Positions 35,098 to 45,136 of a stretch of DNA of 64,000 bases are shown piece by piece. The position numbers were made by a program, and so were the translations under genes. Positions within the stretch are counted from its first letter, which is position 1. Each line of letters begins with the position of its first letter. The notes beneath the pieces are model-generated. The model worked only from the letters and a program-made list of their open reading frames with translations. It searched no databases and was not told the origin of the DNA. The stretch is from the NCBI GenBank assembly GCA_963663165.1, contig OY760175.1:2592001-2656000 (forward strand). The letters are read 5' to 3'. This DNA is from an uncultured Desulfospira sp. (GTDB lineage Bacteria; Desulfobacterota; Desulfobacteria; Desulfobacterales; Desulfobacteraceae).

Positions 35098-37458
35098 CTA
35101 CGACTTTATTTTCTTTGCCATCCTTTTAAGATATTTCTGCTTTCTTTTACCGAACAGCTCTATCTGTTTTTCCATCTCCTTTAATCGATCTTCTTTTTCT
35201 TGGTTTTCGGCATACATATCTTGATAATTATCAATTAAGGCCTTAACTGATGGAATGAACTTATATCCTTTATTTTCAAGTTCTTTACTCGTTTCGATAA
35301 AAGATTCCATCAGCTCATTCTTGCTCCTTAAATCATCCTCGGCATTTTCTTCGTATTTACCGTTTGACTCAAATAATTTGCTTGTGAAGACATCGGCTAA
35401 TTCATATTTTAACCTTGTGAGATTATAGCCTCTTAGATCTACCCCAATTCCAACTAATTTTTCAATAGATTCCCAATTCTGAGTAACTACAAAACTTAAG
35501 AAAGGATTCTCAAATAGATTTTTAATTTCATCGTAAGATAAATCAAAAGGAGCAACTCTCTCAATTAGCGAGATAATATTTAAAGGCCTGATATAAAATG
35601 GTTCAAAAATCCCCAGCTCTTTAGCACATTTTAGTACTCTTGATGAAGTAGTTAAAACGTAATATTTATACTTAAGTGTGTCAATTGCCTTTCTATTTTC
35701 TTTACGATTTTCGTGCAAATAATTCATATACATTCTGGAATCAATTTTTGCTATCTCACGATTCTCTTCTTCATCTCTGTATGATCCCTTGAATGTGTTT
35801 TTTGTTAATTCAAAAACTCTTTCTTGTAGCTGTTCAAAGTAATAATATTCGTTTTCTTCAAGTTCAAGATCAGCTAATTCTATAAAGATAATTTTTGAAC
35901 ATATTTCATTTTTTATTAAATCAATAAAATATTCAATTGGTTGTTTCGGGTGATAATAATTTTGAATATAATTATCGAAATTCGGACTAATTTTATTATT
36001 TAAAATACCGTTAAAATAGCCTTTTGCAAATATGTTCCCAACTTGCTCTTCAAGAATAATAGGGTCTATCACATCGGATTTCGTTCTGAAATAATTATAA
36101 TTTCGGTAAGAATATTTGGCGTGTTGTGAGACTTCATGTAAAACTTGGATTGGAATAATGATTTTCGCATTGTATTTGATTAACTCTGATATGATCCGTC
36201 TATAAACGCTACATTCAGTGTTCTCCGAAACTATGAGATTTAAAACGAAATCAGTATCAATTATGAATTCTTTTTCCGCAAACTGTTTACCTTGGAAATT
36301 ATTCTGCTTAGGGTCTAATTTCAGAACTTGAGCTCCAACATACGTCTTGCACCATGAAATCAAAGTAGCCTCTTGGTCTATCGTCGGACTCTTTAAAATT
36401 TCACCTACACAATATATCAGCACTTCAGATTCCTCTTCAGGAAGCCCTTGTTTTAACTTGGATATCAAACTCATAGAAGTGTCATAGTCATTGTGTATAT
36501 TTTCAATATCAAAACTTTTTTCTAAAGCATACAGTTTAAAATAATCCGTTATTCCTTCTTCTGAGTTCTTAACAATTTGTCTTTTAGACGAGTTAGAAAG
36601 ATCTCTTTCGAGAATTAATTGAATTTTAAAAATAATATCATCAAACAATGCTGATTTTTCAGACAATGTTTTTGCACTCGCTTCTTCAATGGCCATGCTC
36701 TTTTTGTCTGAAATATAAAAACCTCCATTTTTTTCTATAAGATTTCCTAACTTGGCCTGTCTTGTTAAAGAGCATTCAATTTTTCTTCGGTTAATCGCTG
36801 CTTGAATTTGATTTTTAATTTCATCTTGTAGAATCGGAGCATCACAACCAGGATTCGAATAAACAAAATATAAAATTAGCGTATCAAAGATCTTTTTATT
36901 CGAATCAAAAAAGGCGTCACTCTGAGTTAGTGCAATAGAAATTTTCGCCAATGATTTTTCATAGTTTTGATTTTTGTCATCAGTTGATTCTTGCTTGCTG
37001 AACAAATCTGAGTTTAATTGTTTCCGTATATCTGGAAAGTATCTATTAAGAAAAGATGGATTAGCCCCTAATCGAGATTTAAAAACCTGTCTTTCATAAA
37101 TTTCCAATTTGGGTCTTATGCCATGTTTTTTTCTGAAATTTGTTTTTACCTCTTCCTTGTTATTCACTCTTTCAAGGGTAACAATTATCAATTCATCGCA
37201 TTTTTTTCCCGTTTCCTTAATCCTGTTATATGTTGACGAGATTTTAGATTTTACATTTTGTTGCAATGAATACTGGAAAATTATATTATATTCAGATTGC
37301 TCGTAGTATTTTACTAATCCAGCATCTACACCACCATCTTTGATTCCTCCTGCTGGTATTAAATTATTATACCCTTCTTGGATCATTATTTCGTTTGCCA
37401 AGTCCTCAAATTTATTAAAATCGGTGTAATTGGTTAGAATAATTTCGATAATATCCAT
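35098..37458 (-). CDS. AT-rich 786-aa hypothetical protein: N-terminal restriction-endonuclease-like domain, central helical/wHTH-like region, PIN-like domain, C-terminal coiled coil; candidate defence protein
   Basis: FEDLANEI..GGIKDGGVDAG..IIFQYSLQ; FIIDTDFVL..IPIQVLHEV..KIDSRMY..YVLTTS; much more AT-rich than flanking genes. Confidence 0.65.
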   Translation of the reverse strand: MDIIEIILTNYTDFNKFEDLANEIMIQEGYNNLIPAGGIKDGGVDAGLVKYYEQSEYNIIFQYSLQQNVKSKISSTYNRIKETGKKCDELIIVTLERVNNKEEVKTNFRKKHGIRPKLEIYERQVFKSRLGANPSFLNRYFPDIRKQLNSDLFSKQESTDDKNQNYEKSLAKISIALTQSDAFFDSNKKIFDTLILYFVYSNPGCDAPILQDEIKNQIQAAINRRKIECSLTRQAKLGNLIEKNGGFYISDKKSMAIEEASAKTLSEKSALFDDIIFKIQLILERDLSNSSKRQIVKNSEEGITDYFKLYALEKSFDIENIHNDYDTSMSLISKLKQGLPEEESEVLIYCVGEILKSPTIDQEATLISWCKTYVGAQVLKLDPKQNNFQGKQFAEKEFIIDTDFVLNLIVSENTECSVYRRIISELIKYNAKIIIPIQVLHEVSQHAKYSYRNYNYFRTKSDVIDPIILEEQVGNIFAKGYFNGILNNKISPNFDNYIQNYYHPKQPIEYFIDLIKNEICSKIIFIELADLELEENEYYYFEQLQERVFELTKNTFKGSYRDEEENREIAKIDSRMYMNYLHENRKENRKAIDTLKYKYYVLTTSSRVLKCAKELGIFEPFYIRPLNIISLIERVAPFDLSYDEIKNLFENPFLSFVVTQNWESIEKLVGIGVDLRGYNLTRLKYELADVFTSKLFESNGKYEENAEDDLRSKNELMESFIETSKELENKGYKFIPSVKALIDNYQDMYAENQEKEDRLKEMEKQIELFGKRKQKYLKRMAKKIKS

Positions 37459-38176
37459 TTGAGATGGTTCCCTTATGAATTAGGTTATAGAAAAATCCCT
37501 TTGAATTTATGATCCACAGTACTTTAGCTTCGTCCATTTTTCAAATACTAATTCTGATGACTTTCCAAATGATCGTATTTTGAGATGATAGATACGATGG
37601 GGATGGGTAATGCCAATACCAGCAATCATGGTATAAGTCCCCTGATCCCCAATTTGAATTCAGATACCATATCTGGTAGTCCGATTCAAATCTCCAGATT
37701 ACATTTTATATATTAAACGCCTGCCTCTGCAGGAAGCACTCAAAAATCAGACAAAATACCGGTAAAGCCTATCCCTGAATCGCATGTGAGTATGTCGGGG
37801 TCACATGTTTACATACTCAAGCCCCCCTGTCATGATAAAGCAGTGTTCCATGACGGAAGGACTCAAAGCGGATGGCTGACAAAAGAGCATGGGAGATACT
37901 TGACAGTGCGCCTGCCCTGACGTTATACAATTCCATCAGATGAATAAATTATCAATATATGATAAGTATGGCAGCCAAAGACAGGCTAATTGTTGAAATT
38001 GACATTTCAAAGCCCTTTTCAAATGTAATTTCTCAGTTATCAGACATAATCAAAGACAACGGATAACATGCGCTTTCACAGTCCGGCCCATGTACCCGGC
38101 GGCAGTTTAAAAAACCAAAGGCTTTCCGGCATTGTGAGTGATAAACCCTCAATGAAAAGCGGTAAGCCCTTAAGAG

Positions 38177-39340
38177 ATGCTTATGAAAGACAAATATGCC
38201 ATTGTGGGAATTGGAATGACGGAACAGGGGGTTGTTCCGGACAGGACAACCCTGAGTTTTCATCTTGAGGCCTGTGCCAATGCCATAAAGGATGCCGGCG
38301 TCACCAAAGAGGATATCGACGGTCTTATCTGTTATCGCCAGTTTCAGCCGGCATCGAATGAAGGACCGCTGATGCCTTATTTGCTGGCCCAGCATCTGGG
38401 AATAACCCCGAACTATATGGCCATGGATGCCAACTGCTCCAGGAGTCATCTTTGGAATGCCATCGGCGCGCTTGAAGCCGGCCTTTGCAAATACGTGCTG
38501 ATCTCCTACGGCCACAACGCCTACTCCAGCGACAGCATGCGCCGGTCACTCATAGACCGGGGCGCTGATGATGCGGTCTTTGGCCATTTTGGGGCCGCAG
38601 CAGGTTATGCCATGGCGGCACAAAGGGGGATGCACACCTTTCACACCGGGCCTGAAACCTGGAAACAGATTGCCGTGGGACAGAGGAAATGGGCCAATCT
38701 TAATCCATCGGCCATGATGCATAAAAAAACCATGAGCTTTGATGATTATTACAATGCCAGGTTTGTGGTTGAACCCTTCCGTCTTTTTGACAATTGCCTC
38801 ATGTCAGATGGCGGGCGGGCCATCCTTGTCACTTCGGCGAGGCGGGCCAGGGATTTGAAACACCCCCCGGTACTCATCATGGGAATGGGCCAGCACAACC
38901 TTTCCTGGGACGTTCATCAGGCCACCCACCTGGCCGGCCCCACCGGGGCCAAAAAGGCCGGGGAACAGGCGTTTAAGACAGCCGGTATCACATTAGACGA
39001 CATTGATGCCTGTGAGATTTACGACTGTTTTACCTACACGGTTGAGATCACGTTGCAGGATTATGGTTTTTTCAGGCCGGGCGAGGGGCAAGACTGGTTT
39101 AAAGACGGGACCATTGAGCCTGGCGGCCGCATGCCGGTGAACACCTCGGGTGGACAGCTTTCCGAAGCCTATTACATGGGACTTACGCCAATCTGCGAGG
39201 CCGTAATGCAACTGATGGGGCGCTGCGGGGAACGACAACTGGGCCCAGGGACCCGCACAAAGTCACCGGAAATTATCCTGTGCAGTGACAATGGCGGGAT
39301 TCTCCAGACCCATGCATGCATTATTCTGAGGAAAGAATAG
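38177..39340 (+). CDS. Thiolase-superfamily protein (SCP-x/Ltp2-like)
   Basis: AIVGIG, DNCLMSDGG, CEIYDCFTY, NTSGGQLSEAY; start could be 38183. Confidence 0.88.
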   Translation: MLMKDKYAIVGIGMTEQGVVPDRTTLSFHLEACANAIKDAGVTKEDIDGLICYRQFQPASNEGPLMPYLLAQHLGITPNYMAMDANCSRSHLWNAIGALEAGLCKYVLISYGHNAYSSDSMRRSLIDRGADDAVFGHFGAAAGYAMAAQRGMHTFHTGPETWKQIAVGQRKWANLNPSAMMHKKTMSFDDYYNARFVVEPFRLFDNCLMSDGGRAILVTSARRARDLKHPPVLIMGMGQHNLSWDVHQATHLAGPTGAKKAGEQAFKTAGITLDDIDACEIYDCFTYTVEITLQDYGFFRPGEGQDWFKDGTIEPGGRMPVNTSGGQLSEAYYMGLTPICEAVMQLMGRCGERQLGPGTRTKSPEIILCSDNGGILQTHACIILRKE

Positions 39341-39754
39341 ATGAACGATTATAAAAAGCCCCTTCCAAAGGTAAACGGCGACACCAGAGAATTCTGGAAT
39401 GCCTGCTGGCAGCACCAGCTGAAATTTCAGAAGTGTTCAAATTGCGGCCATATCCGTTGGCCCGCATCTATCTTATGTCCCCAATGCCACAGTGCTGAAA
39501 CCCAGTGGATCGTGTCCAAAGGATGCGGGCAGGTTTATACATTTGTGGTCTACCATGTGGCCTATCTGCCGGAATTCAAGGCTGACCTTCCATATGTGGT
39601 GGCCAGTGTCGAACTCGATGAAGGGCCCCGCATGCTCACCAATATTGTGGACTGCTCTCCGGATCAGGTTTTCTGCGGAATGCCGGTAAAGGTGAAATGG
39701 GACGACATTACCGAAGAATTCAGCCTGCCCAAATTCAAACCGCAGAAAATTTAA
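39341..39754 (+). CDS. Zn-ribbon/OB-fold (DUF35) protein
   Basis: FW..QKCSNCG..P..LCPQC, GQVYTF, PYVVASVELDEGPRM. Confidence 0.9.
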   Translation: MNDYKKPLPKVNGDTREFWNACWQHQLKFQKCSNCGHIRWPASILCPQCHSAETQWIVSKGCGQVYTFVVYHVAYLPEFKADLPYVVASVELDEGPRMLTNIVDCSPDQVFCGMPVKVKWDDITEEFSLPKFKPQKI

Positions 39755-39856
39755 GAAAAGACATATCTGAAGATATCTGAATTCAAATTTCGACCCCGGT
39801 CAGGAAAATCAAGGATCAGTTTATACCATTTTTAACGCAACGGCAGGGCGTGTACA

Positions 39857-40777
39857 CTATTTTTCTTTTTCCACAAGCCCTTTGACAAACCAGCGCTGCA
39901 TAAAGAGGACCACAAGGACCGGGGGCAGCATGACCAGCAGGGCCGCGCCAAGGGCGATGTTCCACTCGGGCAGGTCATCGGCCTGGGGGATGAGGTTCTG
40001 CAGCCCGATGACCGCCGTGGTCATCTTGGGATTGGTGGTGATCAGCAACGGCCACAGGTACTGGTTATAGCCGTAGACAAACTCAATGACCACCAGGGCC
40101 GCGATGTTGGTCTTTGACAGAGGAAAGAGAATTTTCCTGAAAAAGGTCATGGGAGAGGCACCGTCGATTTTGGCGGCCTCGCACAACTCCTCGGGAATGG
40201 TTAAAAAAAACTGACGGAAGAGAAAGGTGCAGGTGGCTGAGGCGATCAGGGGCAGGATCAGGCCGGTATAGCTGTCCAGAAGGCTCCAGTTCAAGGTCAC
40301 TGACACATCGTTTTGCGCAAAAAAGGTGACCAGCCCGTCCAGGTGCAGCAGGTCCCACAGGGACTGCAGCGGGCTTAAGACATTGGCCGCCATCTCATAG
40401 GTCGGCAGAATCCGGACCTCCACGGGCAGCATCAGGGTGCAGAACACCGATGCAAAGGCCACCACCCTGAGCCGGTAGTCAAAATAGACAATGGAAAAGG
40501 CCCCGATCATGGAGACACAGATTTTGCCAACGGTAATGCCCGTGGCCATGACAAAGGAGTTTAAAATCTGGGTCCCTAAATCCCCCCGGCCCCAGGCCTC
40601 GGCCATGTTGACCCAGAACTGATCCCCGGGAATAAGGGGCATGGGCACCTTGGAGACCTCCTCTAAGGGGAGGGTCGCCGCAATCAGGCTGTAGATAATG
40701 GGAAAGCCCACAATAAAAATTCCCACGATCAAGAAGGCGTAGGTAAAAAAGTCAAGAAACGGTGTTTTTTCAACCAT
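39857..40777 (-). CDS. ugpE: sn-glycerol-3-phosphate ABC transporter permease UgpE
   Basis: TLMLPVEVRILPT, LPLIASAT.TFLFRQFF, EAAKIDGA, NQYLWPLL, KGLVEKEK. Confidence 0.9.
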   Translation of the reverse strand: MVEKTPFLDFFTYAFLIVGIFIVGFPIIYSLIAATLPLEEVSKVPMPLIPGDQFWVNMAEAWGRGDLGTQILNSFVMATGITVGKICVSMIGAFSIVYFDYRLRVVAFASVFCTLMLPVEVRILPTYEMAANVLSPLQSLWDLLHLDGLVTFFAQNDVSVTLNWSLLDSYTGLILPLIASATCTFLFRQFFLTIPEELCEAAKIDGASPMTFFRKILFPLSKTNIAALVVIEFVYGYNQYLWPLLITTNPKMTTAVIGLQNLIPQADDLPEWNIALGAALLVMLPPVLVVLFMQRWFVKGLVEKEK

Positions 40778-40782
40778 GATAT

Positions 40783-41673
40783 TTATCCACTGTATTGTAC
40801 TTTCTTTTCAACGAACCGGAACTGCAGGAAGGTGATAATGATGATCAAAGACATCAGCACCACGGACTGGGCAGATGAAGAGCCTAAGTTCAATCCCACG
40901 AACCCGTCCTGGTAGACCTTATAGACCAGAATATTGGTGGAACCGCCCGGCCCGCCCTGGGTGACGGTATGGATAATGCCGAAGGTCTCGAAAAAGGAAT
41001 ATATGATATTCATGACCATGAGAAAGAAAAAAGTCGGTGACAGCAGCGGCAGGGTAATGGTCCAGAACCTTCTGAACGGGTTTGCCCCGTCAATGGCGGC
41101 CGCCTCGATCAGGGATTTGGGGATGGCCTGCATGCCGGCCACAAAGAATACAAAATTATAGCTGATCTCTTTCCAGGCGCTGGCCATGACGATCATGACC
41201 ATGGCATCTGTCCCGTAAAGGACCGGGTTCCAGTCAAATCCGAATACCTCTTTGATGGCAATGGCCACAACCCCGTAGGACGGATGGAGTAAAAAAAGCC
41301 ACATAATGCCGGAAATGGCCGGAGCAACGGCATAGGGCCAGATGAGCATGGTCCTCACCAGAGCCTTGGCCTTGAGGGCCCGGTTGGCCATGGCCGCGAT
41401 AAACAGCCCCAAAGAGATGGAGACCGTTGCCGTGGCCAGGCTGAAGACAAAGGTAATCAGGATGGACTTCAGATACAGCGGGTCTGATAACAGCTCAACA
41501 TAATTGTGGAACCAGACAAACTTGGACCGCCGGCCAAAGGGATCACTCAATAAAAAAGACTGGCAGATACCCTGAATCGCCGGCCAGTAAAAAAAAGTCA
41601 GGGTGACGATGATCTGGGGCAGAATCAGCAGGTAAGGCAGATATCTGGATTTGAAATGGGCTCGTTTGATCAT
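40783..41673 (-). CDS. ugpA: sn-glycerol-3-phosphate ABC transporter permease UgpA
   Basis: FFYWPA..DPFG, WPYAVAPA, WKEISYNF, EAAAIDGA, SSAQSV. Confidence 0.9.
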   Translation of the reverse strand: MIKRAHFKSRYLPYLLILPQIIVTLTFFYWPAIQGICQSFLLSDPFGRRSKFVWFHNYVELLSDPLYLKSILITFVFSLATATVSISLGLFIAAMANRALKAKALVRTMLIWPYAVAPAISGIMWLFLLHPSYGVVAIAIKEVFGFDWNPVLYGTDAMVMIVMASAWKEISYNFVFFVAGMQAIPKSLIEAAAIDGANPFRRFWTITLPLLSPTFFFLMVMNIIYSFFETFGIIHTVTQGGPGGSTNILVYKVYQDGFVGLNLGSSSAQSVVLMSLIIIITFLQFRFVEKKVQYSG

Positions 41674-41687
41674 GATTGATAAACAAA

Positions 41688-41710
41688 GAGCCGGGCGGGC
41701 CGCCCGGCTC
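41688..41710. other. GC-rich hairpin between ugpB and ugpA
   Basis: gagccgggcg-ggc-cgcccggctc. Confidence 0.55.
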
Positions 41711-41733
41711 CATGCCGTTTCATATTTAAAGGG

Positions 41734-43062
41734 TTATTTATAGGTTTTCTCGAAGGTCCTCAACTGGACATTGCTGCGTTTAACAGCGCTGTCAAGGGCC
41801 TCCTGGGGAGACTTCTTACCGTTCCAGACCATTTCAAGTTCTTCGTTAATGATGTTGCGGATCTGGACAAAGTAGCCCAGGCGCAGGCCCCTGGAAATCT
41901 TGGTGGGCTCAGCCCGGTTGAGCTGGAGGATCCCGACTTCCTGAAGCGGATCGGATTCATAGTACCCCTTGGCCTTAAGGGCCTCATAGGCATCCACGGT
42001 AATGGGGAAATAGCCGGTCTCTTTGTGCCAGTATTCCTGCATGTCGTTGCCGGCCAGGAACTTGAGGAATTCGGCAACCCCTTTGTACTCTTTCTTTGAA
42101 TGGCCGTTAAGCACCCATAAAGAGGCCCCGCCGATAATGCTGTTCTGGGGAGATGTCACGCCGGCTTCCACCGGAAGGGGCGCCGCATCCCACTTAAAGT
42201 CCTTGATGGCTGTTTTCAGCTTGGCAATGCCGCTGATGGAGTCAATGTAAATGGCCGCGTTCTGGGCAATAAACTCGGATTTGGGGCCCTGGTATTTCTG
42301 GCCGCCGTACATGAACTGGCCGGTGTCGGCCCAGGATTTGAGGCGGGTGATGTGCTTGACAACTTGGGGATTGTTGATCAGAAGCTCACAGTCCAGTCCT
42401 TCATACCCGTTGGCTTTTGACGCAAAGGCCAGGTTGTGAATGGCACTGTAGTTCTCGATCTGGGTCCAGGACTGCCAGGCCGTAACCATGCCTGCCGGGG
42501 CAATTTTGGCATCCACAATCTTTTTGGTGATGTCACCCAGTTCATCCCAGGTCACCGGTTTGGTCTTTGATAACGGCGCAATGCCTGCTTTTTCAAGCAT
42601 GTCCACGTTATAGTACATAATGGGGGTGGAAGAGTTAAAGGGCATGGACATGAGCTTGCCGTCAGCGTTCATGTAATAGGCCAGCACGGCCTGGAGATAC
42701 CGGCTCCAGTCCACGTCAATGCCGGCGTCGGCCATGAGCTGGTATACCGGATAAACCGCTCCGGACAGCATCATGGTCTGGGTGCCCACCTCAAATACCT
42801 GGAGGATATGGGGCTGTTTTTTGGCCCGGAAAGCGGCCACACCGGCGTTCATGGTTTCATCGTAGTTGCCCTTGAAGGTGCCGACCACCTTGTACTCGGA
42901 CTGGGATGCGTTGAATTCCTGGATCATTTTTTCAACGACTTCCCCCCTGGCGCTTCTCATGGCATGCCACCAGTTAATGGTGACGGGTTCGGCAAAGGCA
43001 GACGCCGGAAGGATCAGACAGGCCGCCAAAACCGAAAAAACGAACAATTTCGAAAATTTCAT
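41734..43062 (-). CDS. ugpB: sn-glycerol-3-phosphate-binding protein UgpB
   Basis: Signal peptide; WWHAM, QVFEVGT, MPFNSSTP, IIGGASLW, TGYFP, GLRLG. Confidence 0.9.
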   Translation of the reverse strand: MKFSKLFVFSVLAACLILPASAFAEPVTINWWHAMRSARGEVVEKMIQEFNASQSEYKVVGTFKGNYDETMNAGVAAFRAKKQPHILQVFEVGTQTMMLSGAVYPVYQLMADAGIDVDWSRYLQAVLAYYMNADGKLMSMPFNSSTPIMYYNVDMLEKAGIAPLSKTKPVTWDELGDITKKIVDAKIAPAGMVTAWQSWTQIENYSAIHNLAFASKANGYEGLDCELLINNPQVVKHITRLKSWADTGQFMYGGQKYQGPKSEFIAQNAAIYIDSISGIAKLKTAIKDFKWDAAPLPVEAGVTSPQNSIIGGASLWVLNGHSKKEYKGVAEFLKFLAGNDMQEYWHKETGYFPITVDAYEALKAKGYYESDPLQEVGILQLNRAEPTKISRGLRLGYFVQIRNIINEELEMVWNGKKSPQEALDSAVKRSNVQLRTFEKTYK

Positions 43063-43275
43063 CTCTTTCTCCTCCGCAACAAAAATGTTATCAATGTTTA
43101 TTTCATTGGGTTAGACATCATATTTCGCCTTGTATAACCTATCAAGGTTTAATAGGATCTACAAATTGTGTCAAGAATTTAAATTGAAAACTTATTGCAT
43201 TCTGATTGCTTTTATAGTTTTATGATCGAAATGACGATTCTTCCAGGAATCACAACATCAACACATAGGGAACAC

Positions 43276-44376
43276 ATGGCTGAATTAAACTTAGAGAATG
43301 TGGTCAAAAAATATGGCAAAACTCAGGTGATTCACAACCTGAACCTCCATATCAGAGATAAGGAATTCCTGGTGCTGGTCGGCCCGTCAGGCTGCGGTAA
43401 GTCCACCCTTCTTCGGATGGTGGCCGGACTTGAAGAAATTACAGACGGAACCATTTCCATCAACGGAGAAATCGTCAATGACGTCGCGCCAAAAGACCGG
43501 GGCCTGTCCATGGTTTTCCAGAACTATGCCCTGTACCCCCACATGAATGTGTTTAACAACATGGCCTTTGGACTGAAGCTGAAAAAAGTACCCAAACATG
43601 AGATCAAACAGCGGGTGGAGGAGGTGGCCACCATCCTCGGGCTTGAAAACCTGCTGCTGCGCAAACCCCATGAACTTTCCGGCGGCCAGCGCCAGCGGGT
43701 GGCCATGGGCCGGGCCATGGTGAGAAAGCCCTCTATTTTCCTCTTTGACGAGCCCTTGTCCAACCTGGACGCCAAGCTGCGGATTCAGATGCGGGCCGAA
43801 ATCAAGCTGCTTCACCAGCGGGTTGATTCCACCATCATCTATGTCACCCATGACCAGGTCGAGGCCATGACCCTGGCGGACCGCATCGTTGTTCTCAGGG
43901 ACGGGTACATTGAACAGGTGGGCACCCCCCTGGAATTGTTTTCAAAGCCGGCCAATACCTTTGTGGCCGGGTTTATCGGTACGCCACCCATGAACCTGGC
44001 CGACTGCCGCATCAAAAAAACAGACAACGACACGATTCTTGAATTTGACGGCGGGCTTGAGATCCCGGTGCCGGAAAAAGAGAACGCCCGACTTGAACAT
44101 GGCCAATCCGTTGTCATGGGGCTGCGCTGCGAGGAGATTGTGCCGGCGGACCAGGGCCCGGGAAGGCCAGATTCCGGCCAGCGGTTTTCAGGTGTGGTGC
44201 GCGTGGCAGAACCCCTGGGCAACGAAACCCACCTGCATATTGATATCCAGGGGGTGACCTTCATGTCCAGGGCTGAGGGAAAACAGGTTTTCAATTCCGG
44301 CCAGAAAGTGGATCTGGTGATGAACCTGAATCAAATGCATATCTTTGATGCCAAGACCACCCGCGTCATTTACTAA
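43276..44376 (+). CDS. ugpC: ABC transporter ATPase UgpC/MalK
   Basis: GPSGCGKST, FQNYALYPH, LSGGQRQR, DEPLSNLDAKLR, YVTHDQVEA. Confidence 0.88.
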   Translation: MAELNLENVVKKYGKTQVIHNLNLHIRDKEFLVLVGPSGCGKSTLLRMVAGLEEITDGTISINGEIVNDVAPKDRGLSMVFQNYALYPHMNVFNNMAFGLKLKKVPKHEIKQRVEEVATILGLENLLLRKPHELSGGQRQRVAMGRAMVRKPSIFLFDEPLSNLDAKLRIQMRAEIKLLHQRVDSTIIYVTHDQVEAMTLADRIVVLRDGYIEQVGTPLELFSKPANTFVAGFIGTPPMNLADCRIKKTDNDTILEFDGGLEIPVPEKENARLEHGQSVVMGLRCEEIVPADQGPGRPDSGQRFSGVVRVAEPLGNETHLHIDIQGVTFMSRAEGKQVFNSGQKVDLVMNLNQMHIFDAKTTRVIY

Positions 44377-44682
44377 CCCCGCCCCCCCAGGCGGCCTGAT
44401 CCGGTGTTTCCAGCCAGTCAATGGAATGAATAAACCCATCTGTAATCGAGAACGGGCTACCCAAGATATTGTGGTGAGATTAGAGCCCTCCATCTAAGCA
44501 CCAATAGTCTTATCTGTCGCTCTGCTATTCCTTAAAAGTTCTGATTTTTTTGCGATCTAAACGACAAAATCTTGCGGATTATCCGCAGCATTTTTTTGTT
44601 GGACCAATAATATCCAGACTTTTATAACAAATCAAACCCAGATCCGTTAGAAGGCACATTTGGGTGTCAAAATGAGGGTGCT

Positions 44683-45110
44683 AAGAGCTGTTTTTGAGGA
44701 TCTTGATAAAAAATTTATTTTAATAACAATGGGTTGATCGTTTCCGATTGGTCCGACTCCATGCCAGACATGTTAATGATCCAACAGACAAATAAGTTTT
44801 TGGTCTGGGCATTGGGGGGCAGGGTCGATTCTGTCCTGTCCAGAGGCCCACAATTGAGGAATCTTCCGCACTGACAGGGAATACAGATACTTGATGCCGC
44901 TACGTTTTTAAAGAAAATTGGTGATTAATTTGATGTTTTCGGCGCCAAAAAGGGTCGATTAAGGCTGTTTTAATGATATGTTTTTAGGCCTTTTTTCTGA
45001 TATTACAATGGGTTGCTGCGGCCCGATCCCAAACCCACCACAAGCCCGACCACAAAACCACAAACCAAACCAACCAAAAAATCCAAACCAAATTTTCAAA
45101 AACAGTTCTT
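44683..45110. mobile_element. Probable MITE / internally deleted IS remnant (428 bp)
   Basis: Inverted ends aagagctgtttttga (44683-44697) / tcaaaaacagttctt (45096-45110), 14/15; internal direct repeats acaatgggttg (44726, 45005) and agggtcgatt (44821, 44951); no long ORF; no clear TSD. Confidence 0.55.
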
Positions 45111-45136
45111 GTTGTCTTTATTTGCCAGAACAGATT

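Noticed and set aside
44459..44476. NrdR-box-like sequence (also near 37663-37678)
   Set aside because: Single degenerate matches with no ribonucleotide reductase gene nearby
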